A DNA stretch of 64,000 nucleotides, from IMG/VR virus record IMGVR_UViG_3300025154_000061, positions 28,260 through 92,259 of that record. The stretch is one strand, 5' to 3'. This stretch comes from a virus. A program made the position numbers and the translations under genes. This document shows, piece by piece, positions 58,402 to 64,000 of the stretch; position 1 is the first letter of the stretch; each line of letters starts with the position of its first letter. The notes under the pieces are model-generated. The model saw nothing but the letters and a program-made list of their open reading frames with translations, was not told where the DNA came from and ran no database searches.

Positions 58402-59100
58402 GTGACGACGAAGCCGAGCGGCGACGACAAGACGATCGTTCGAGCCTTGATCGCAGACGGCAAGACGATCGTCGAGGTCGCCGACGATCTCGGGGGGGAA
58501 CCGCAGCGCGTCGTCGACGCGTGGGAATCGGTCGTCACCGACGAAGAGCAACACCTCGTCGGGCGGCGAAGCGAAGAGGTTTACGTCGCCTACGTCACCC
58601 GCACGAACTCGAACATTCGCAAGCTCGACGAGGCGATCGTCGAGTTGAAGGGCTCGAAGCAAGGCTCGGCGATCGTCGGCGCTATCAAGGCGCGACAAGA
58701 ACTCTTCGATCGGATCATCGATCGCGGGCAGGAACTCGGCTTCGTGGCGAAGAAGGCCGAGCGCCGCGAGGTCGTGCTCGCGCGCCTCGACGACGCCGCC
58801 TTGCAGGAAATGCTCTTCTCGGAAATGAACCGACTGCGCGAGTCAATGCGGGCAGCGGGCGACGTGCGGCTTCTCGAAGTCGCGGCCCCTGCGCTTCCCG
58901 CGCTGTCGGGCGACGTGGTAATCGAGGCGAGGCCCGGCGTGCCTGTCGTGGCGCGAACCCCCTACGTGTCGCCGAAGCCCCCGAGCGAGTTCCGCGCGCC
59001 GCCGATCCCGGGACGTGCCCCGGTCGACCCCGGGCCGCCGACCGCGAGTCTCGGCGGGATCGTGCGCAGGAAGGCCGTCGCGCCCACGGGAAAGGGCTAG
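58402..59100 (+). CDS. terS: Terminase small subunit (putative)
   Basis: N-terminal HTH-like segment, helical body, directly upstream of TerL. Confidence 0.6.
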   Translation: MTTKPSGDDKTIVRALIADGKTIVEVADDLGGEPQRVVDAWESVVTDEEQHLVGRRSEEVYVAYVTRTNSNIRKLDEAIVELKGSKQGSAIVGAIKARQELFDRIIDRGQELGFVAKKAERREVVLARLDDAALQEMLFSEMNRLRESMRAAGDVRLLEVAAPALPALSGDVVIEARPGVPVVARTPYVSPKPPSEFRAPPIPGRAPVDPGPPTASLGGIVRRKAVAPTGKG

Positions 59101-59103
59101 CCT

Positions 59104-60540
59104 ATGGCCCCGCGTGCGACTCGCGCCTCGTTGCACGATCGCCGGGCGGTGATCAAGAAACTCGAAGAGATCCGCGAGACTCGGCGCGATTGGTTGCGGC
59201 GCCAGATCCTAGAGAAAGACCGGATCGACCTGCTCGCGACCGAGGTTCTCGGCTTGCAGGTCGAGCCGCATCATTTCGCCATGATCGCGCACCAACACCG
59301 CTACTCGCCCGACCCCGGCTGCATGATCCTGTGCTGGCGTGGCGCGGGGAAGACGAGTATCACGAGCGTAGCCCGAACGGTCTTCAAGCTCTTGAAGAAC
59401 CCCGACGAGCGGATCCTCTTGGCGTCGAAGTCGGGCACGAACGCGGTCGGGATCCTGTCGGAAGTGAAGCGGCGTCTCGTGCTGCCCGAGGTCGAAGAGA
59501 TCTTCGGGCCGCAGATCGGCGACAAGTGGGACGACGTCGAGATCAACGTCGCGGGCCGCAAGTCGGCGTCGAAAGAGTCGAACGTCACCGCGATCGGCGC
59601 CGAGTCGGCCGTCGTCTCGCGGCACTACGACGCGATCAACGCCGACGACCTCGTCGACGAGAAGAACTCGCGAACGCGCTACATGCGCGACCAGATCAAG
59701 ACGTTCCTCTACAAAACGCTCTTGCCGACGCTCGAACCCGGGGGCGAGTTCTCGGTTCAGGGCACGCGCTACCACGATCAAGACCTCTACGGGCACCTCG
59801 TCGAGAACGAACTCGCGGGGCGCGTGCTCGTGATCCCGGCCCTCGTCGGCAGCGAGGAACACGGCTACCGCTCGAACTGGCCCGCGAAGTTCCCGGTCGA
59901 GTGGTTGTTGCAGCGTCGCGCGAGCATGGGCTCGATCCTCTTCGACGGGCAATATCGCTGCGATACCGCGAAGATGAAGGGCGGCGGGGTCTTCGATATC
60001 GACGACGTCGACACGATCGCGCTCTCGCAAGTTCCGGCCGGGCTGCCGCGCTACCTCGGCGTCGACCTCGCGATCTCGCAGAAGGCGAAGGCCGACCGCT
60101 TCTTCGCGGTCGTGATCGCCTACGACGCCGCGACCGATACCGTCTATGTCGTCGACAACGTCTACGGGCGCTTCTCGTTCGTCAAGCAGCGCGAGATCGT
60201 GATCGACCTGTGCGACCGTCACTCGATCGTCAGGGGCGCGATCGAAGCGCAGTTCTATCAAGCCGCCTTGTGGCAGGAAGTGAAGCGCGAGCGGCCCGAC
60301 CTGCCGATCGTGGCGTGGCAACAACGCGTCGACAAGTTGACGAGGGCGCAGCGCTTCTCGGCCCGGTTCGAGGGCGGGAAGGTGCATTTCGTTCACGGGC
60401 TAGACACCCTCGTCGAAGAACTGATAGCATTCCCCGACGGGGAGCACGACGACGGCTTCGACGGCCTCGATCTCGCCGTCGCCGCGACGCGAGCCCGTTC
60501 TCGCAAACCGGCCCGCGATCGCGAGCCGGGCGTTTTCTGA
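59104..60540 (+). CDS. terL: Terminase large subunit
   Basis: WRGAGKT, INADD, GTRYH, LGVDLA, HDDGFD. Confidence 0.92.
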   Translation: MAPRATRASLHDRRAVIKKLEEIRETRRDWLRRQILEKDRIDLLATEVLGLQVEPHHFAMIAHQHRYSPDPGCMILCWRGAGKTSITSVARTVFKLLKNPDERILLASKSGTNAVGILSEVKRRLVLPEVEEIFGPQIGDKWDDVEINVAGRKSASKESNVTAIGAESAVVSRHYDAINADDLVDEKNSRTRYMRDQIKTFLYKTLLPTLEPGGEFSVQGTRYHDQDLYGHLVENELAGRVLVIPALVGSEEHGYRSNWPAKFPVEWLLQRRASMGSILFDGQYRCDTAKMKGGGVFDIDDVDTIALSQVPAGLPRYLGVDLAISQKAKADRFFAVVIAYDAATDTVYVVDNVYGRFSFVKQREIVIDLCDRHSIVRGAIEAQFYQAALWQEVKRERPDLPIVAWQQRVDKLTRAQRFSARFEGGKVHFVHGLDTLVEELIAFPDGEHDDGFDGLDLAVAATRARSRKPARDREPGVF

Positions 60541-60556
60541 CGGGGAGGGGGCGATC

Positions 60557-62335
60557 ATGGCCGACGAGTTGACGAAGAAGGTCGCGGACGCAGCCCGCGC
60601 CGTTCGCTCGCTGACCGCCCGAATCTTCCCCGACTCGTCGCGAATCATGAAGGCCGCCGCGTCTGACTCGACGACGCCAGCCTCGAAGGCGATCTCGACC
60701 GACGACCTCTTCGCGTCGGTGAGTGGGCGGATCGTCGACCCGCCCTACGATCCCGCCGTGCTTGTCGAACTCGCGACGCAGTCGAGCGAACTCGGGCAGG
60801 CCGTCGAGGCAATGGAAACGAATATCGCGGGCTTCGGCTGGCGCATCGTCCCGACCCACGTCCTACCGAAAGACGCGCCCGCCGACGTCGTCAAGCGGGC
60901 GTCGTGGGAAAAGACCTTCGTCAAGAATTTCTTCGACTACTGCTCGATCGGGCAGCGCTTGTCGTTCACGGCGCTACGTCGCCGCGTGCGCAAAGACGCC
61001 GAGATCGTGGGCTACGCCTTCGTCGAGATCGTGTGCAACCTGAACGGGCGGATCGTCGAGTTCCGGCACCTCCCGGCGCATACCGTCAGGCTCGGGAAAG
61101 AGTCGACCGACCTCGTCGAGTTCAACGAGCCCGTCTTGACGCAGGGCGAAGACGGCTCGGTTGTCTACGAGATTCGGTTGATCCTGCGTCGGGCGCGCCT
61201 CTTCGCGCAGGGCGGGGGATCGACGTCAAAGGTGCGTTGGTTCAAAGAGGTCGGCGACGCCCGCGTGATCGACAACGAGACGGGCGAGGTCGTGCCGCCT
61301 GAGCAGGTCGCGTCGTTCGGGAACACCAACGAGCCCATGCCCGAGAGCCGCAAGGCGGGCGAACTGCTTTACTTTTCGCTCTACTTCCCGGGAACCCCCT
61401 ACGGCGTGCCGCGTTGGATCGGCAACACGACGGCGGTTCTCGGGGTGCGTCAGGCCGAAGAGACGTCGTATCATACGATGAAAAACAACATGATCCCTTC
61501 GGCTTTCATTACGGTTTCCGACGGTCGGTTGACCCCGACGTCGATTGACCGGATCTCGCAGTTCGTCGACGAGTCGATCAAGGGCGAGTCGAACTATTCG
61601 CGCTTCGTGTTGCTCGAAGCCGAAGCCGAGTTCGAGGGCGACACCCCGGGCGCCCCGAAGATCGACGTCAAGCCCATGACCGATATGCAGCGCACCGAAG
61701 GGCTTTTCCCCAATTATATCGAGCTTTCCAAAGACTCGATCCGCCGCTCGTTCCGCCTGCCCGGGATCTTCGTGGGCTCGGTAAAAGACGTCAACAAGTC
61801 GAACCTCGACGGATCGCGCGCGCTCGCCGACGAGCAGGTCTTCGCCCCCGAGCGCACCGAAGAGGATTGGACTTGGAACGTCGTCGTCTTGGCGCGCCTC
61901 GGGATCCTGCACTACCGGATCGCGAGCCGCACGCCGAACGTCACCGACAACCAAGAGTTGATCTCCATGCTCTCGGTCGTCGAGCGCACGGGCGGGCTCA
62001 CCCCGAGGATTGCGCGAAGCGTCGTCGAAGACGTCTTCCCGAGCGCGGCCGAGGCGCCGCCGCTCGACTCGGAGAAGTTCGATCCCGACGTGCCGTTCTC
62101 GCTGACGTTGGCCGAGCGCATGAAGAACCTTGCCGACCCGACCGAACCAAACCAAACGACCGCCCCGGTCATGGGCGCGCGAGGCGACGCCGTCACGCAG
62201 CGCGCCGACCCCGAGCCGAAGGCCGACGAGGGCGATCTCTTCGGGGTTCACCTTCGCCGGTTGATCGACGTCTCGGGGCGCGCCAATGCCGAATTGAAGA
62301 GGGCGATCGGTGTGCCTTCCCACGACCCCGACTGA
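60557..62335 (+). CDS. Portal protein (PBSX-like)
   Basis: GYAFVEI, HLPAHTVR, YGVPRW, NNMIP, SFRLP; follows TerL. Confidence 0.88.
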   Translation: MADELTKKVADAARAVRSLTARIFPDSSRIMKAAASDSTTPASKAISTDDLFASVSGRIVDPPYDPAVLVELATQSSELGQAVEAMETNIAGFGWRIVPTHVLPKDAPADVVKRASWEKTFVKNFFDYCSIGQRLSFTALRRRVRKDAEIVGYAFVEIVCNLNGRIVEFRHLPAHTVRLGKESTDLVEFNEPVLTQGEDGSVVYEIRLILRRARLFAQGGGSTSKVRWFKEVGDARVIDNETGEVVPPEQVASFGNTNEPMPESRKAGELLYFSLYFPGTPYGVPRWIGNTTAVLGVRQAEETSYHTMKNNMIPSAFITVSDGRLTPTSIDRISQFVDESIKGESNYSRFVLLEAEAEFEGDTPGAPKIDVKPMTDMQRTEGLFPNYIELSKDSIRRSFRLPGIFVGSVKDVNKSNLDGSRALADEQVFAPERTEEDWTWNVVVLARLGILHYRIASRTPNVTDNQELISMLSVVERTGGLTPRIARSVVEDVFPSAAEAPPLDSEKFDPDVPFSLTLAERMKNLADPTEPNQTTAPVMGARGDAVTQRADPEPKADEGDLFGVHLRRLIDVSGRANAELKRAIGVPSHDPD

Positions 62336-63419
62336 CCTTGCCCTCGCGAGGATCTATGCCGCGACGTCGCTTGCTGCGCTCGCCAAGGCGAGCCCGGCCC
62401 TTCGCGACTTCGTCGCCGCCGAGTCGGCCCTCGAAGCCGCCCTCTTCGACGCCAACGAGCAGGCCGCGAAGGTCGCGATCGCTGCGTCGCTGCGCGCGCT
62501 GAATGCGGGCGCGAGCCCCGACGAGATCGGGGCCGTCGCTGGCGCCGCCTTCTCGCCCGCCTTCGCGCCCCTCGCCTCGCGGGCGATTGACGCCGCGACG
62601 CCGCTCTTCTACGTGATCGGCAAGGCCGACGGCTACGCCCGCGCCACGGGGAAGAGCGTAGGCGTCGCGACCGTCAACACGCCGCAGATCGCGAAGGTCG
62701 ATCCCGCCAAGCTCGCGGCAGGCTTCAACGTCGATTGGAACCTCGCCGACAACGAGGCGATCGCCGCGTTGAAGACGCACCGCACCTTTTGGGTGAACGG
62801 CGCCGACGAGGTGCTCTATACGGGCATGGCGACGGCAAGCGTCGCCCGCGACGTCATGGTTCGCGACGGGCTCTCGGGCTTCGAGGCCGCGAAGGCGCTC
62901 GAAGCTCGATTGAAGGTTCTCTCGGGCGGGGTCGATCCCGACGTCCCCGGGCATTGGTTGGGCGCCTCGGGGCGCGCTTCCTACTTCCGGGGCGTCGCGA
63001 CGAATGCCGCGACGGTCGGGCGCACGCTTGGGTCGGTGAAGGCGATCGGCGACGCTGGCGTTCAAGAAATCCAGATCAACGCCGTGCTCGACGAGCGAAC
63101 GTGCTCGCGCTGCCGAATGATGGACGGCCGCAGGATCGCGATCGGCGACGCGCTCGCCGCACGTTCGGCGCTGCTCACCTCGAAGAGCAGGGTCGACGTT
63201 CAGACCGCGCACCCGTGGCGCGGTGAAAAGTGGTTCGGCGCGAACGTCGGACACGGCGACGAGTCGCGCGAGAAGCTCGACCCCGCCTTCTCGGCGAAGT
63301 TACGGGCGGCCGGTGTCGCTATTCCGCCTTGGCATATGTTTTGCAGATGCGCCGCCGACGTGCCTATAAACGCGCGCCTCGCGCCCCCGGGGCGGCCGCG
63401 TGCTCTCGGTCGAGCCTGA
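62310..63419 (+). CDS. Head morphogenesis protein (SPP1 gp7/Mu F-like)
   Basis: AVLDERTCSRCRMMDGR...PPWHMFCRC. Confidence 0.85.
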   Translation: MCLPTTPTDLALARIYAATSLAALAKASPALRDFVAAESALEAALFDANEQAAKVAIAASLRALNAGASPDEIGAVAGAAFSPAFAPLASRAIDAATPLFYVIGKADGYARATGKSVGVATVNTPQIAKVDPAKLAAGFNVDWNLADNEAIAALKTHRTFWVNGADEVLYTGMATASVARDVMVRDGLSGFEAAKALEARLKVLSGGVDPDVPGHWLGASGRASYFRGVATNAATVGRTLGSVKAIGDAGVQEIQINAVLDERTCSRCRMMDGRRIAIGDALAARSALLTSKSRVDVQTAHPWRGEKWFGANVGHGDESREKLDPAFSAKLRAAGVAIPPWHMFCRCAADVPINARLAPPGRPRALGRA

Positions 63420-63951
63420 CGGCGACGATCTCGTCGTGAAGCTCGAACGCGACGAGACGATCCTCGCGCTGACGCTCTCGCCGCTCTACCCCGACGACTT
63501 CGCCGCGTTCGACGACGCCGCCGCGCAAGACGTCGCGACGCGCTCGCCCGAGGCCGCCCCCGGCAGGCAGACCGTCGCGAGCGCCGCCGCCATGCGCGAC
63601 GAGCCCACGCCCCCGGCCGCCGCCTCGCACCCGTTCAGCGCGATCGAGGTCGGCGTCAGGCTGCCCGACGGGACGCAGATCCCGATCGCCGCGATCGCCT
63701 ACGACGGGAAGACCTGCGACGCCGCCGTTGCCTACGGCTTCGACTTCGCCGCCGCCCGCGTGGTTGGGTGGGTGCAATGCGTCGCGCAGGGGTCGGCGAC
63801 CGTGCCCGAATTGCTCGAACGGATCGCCGAGCAGGGGGCGCAGGCCGCCGAGACGTTCAGCGCGCCCGCGAAGCTCTCGGCCCCGACGGCGCGCGCCGCC
63901 GCGATCGATCGCCTCGTCGCCTCTCTCGTCGCCGCGAAGCTCCCGGCTTGA
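63400..63951 (+). CDS. Hypothetical protein in head module
   Basis: Codon usage and position. Confidence 0.55.
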   Translation: MLSVEPDGDDLVVKLERDETILALTLSPLYPDDFAAFDDAAAQDVATRSPEAAPGRQTVASAAAMRDEPTPPAAASHPFSAIEVGVRLPDGTQIPIAAIAYDGKTCDAAVAYGFDFAAARVVGWVQCVAQGSATVPELLERIAEQGAQAAETFSAPAKLSAPTARAAAIDRLVASLVAAKLPA

Positions 63952-63958
63952 CCCCTCG

Positions 63959-63987
63959 TTGACGCTTTTCGTGCTCTAGGCTAGTCT
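63959..63987 (+). promoter_or_regulatory. Sigma70-like promoter
   Basis: TTGACG-17-TAGTCT. Confidence 0.55.
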
Positions 63988-64000
63988 TTCCCCCGAAGAC

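Overview
About 64 kb of a high-GC (roughly 70%, estimated by eye) large tailed dsDNA phage genome, mostly on the + strand. 1-26.4 kb is a replication/recombination block: SF2 helicase, DnaB-like helicase, primase, CobS/CobT-like AAA+/vWA pair, ECF-like sigma factor, DnaE, HU, UvsY-like protein, gp32-like SSB, RecA, RuvC-like resolvase, UDG, SbcD, ParB-Dam fusion and SbcC. 26.4-58.4 kb holds many small accessory genes, a beta clamp, a glycan-modification cluster, lipoproteins and two non-coding islands. 58.4-64 kb is the packaging/head module (TerS, TerL, portal, head morphogenesis). No integrase, tRNA, rRNA or CRISPR array was seen. Main observations: (1) two inteins (helicase, SbcC) whose reading frames stay open but whose endonucleases are separate nested genes, one in the +1 frame and one antisense, each with its own promoter-like element, RBS and stop; (2) a KLADARxRF N-terminal peptide on about 10 otherwise dissimilar small proteins; (3) 14 exact GCGACG-N16-CGTA putative promoters, probably read by the phage sigma factor; (4) about 21 dispersed WTAGRC-NN-GYCTAW palindromes, many inside genes; (5) a covarying AYGAC-loop hairpin in six promoter leaders. 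All calls come from reading motifs by eye; no searches were run.
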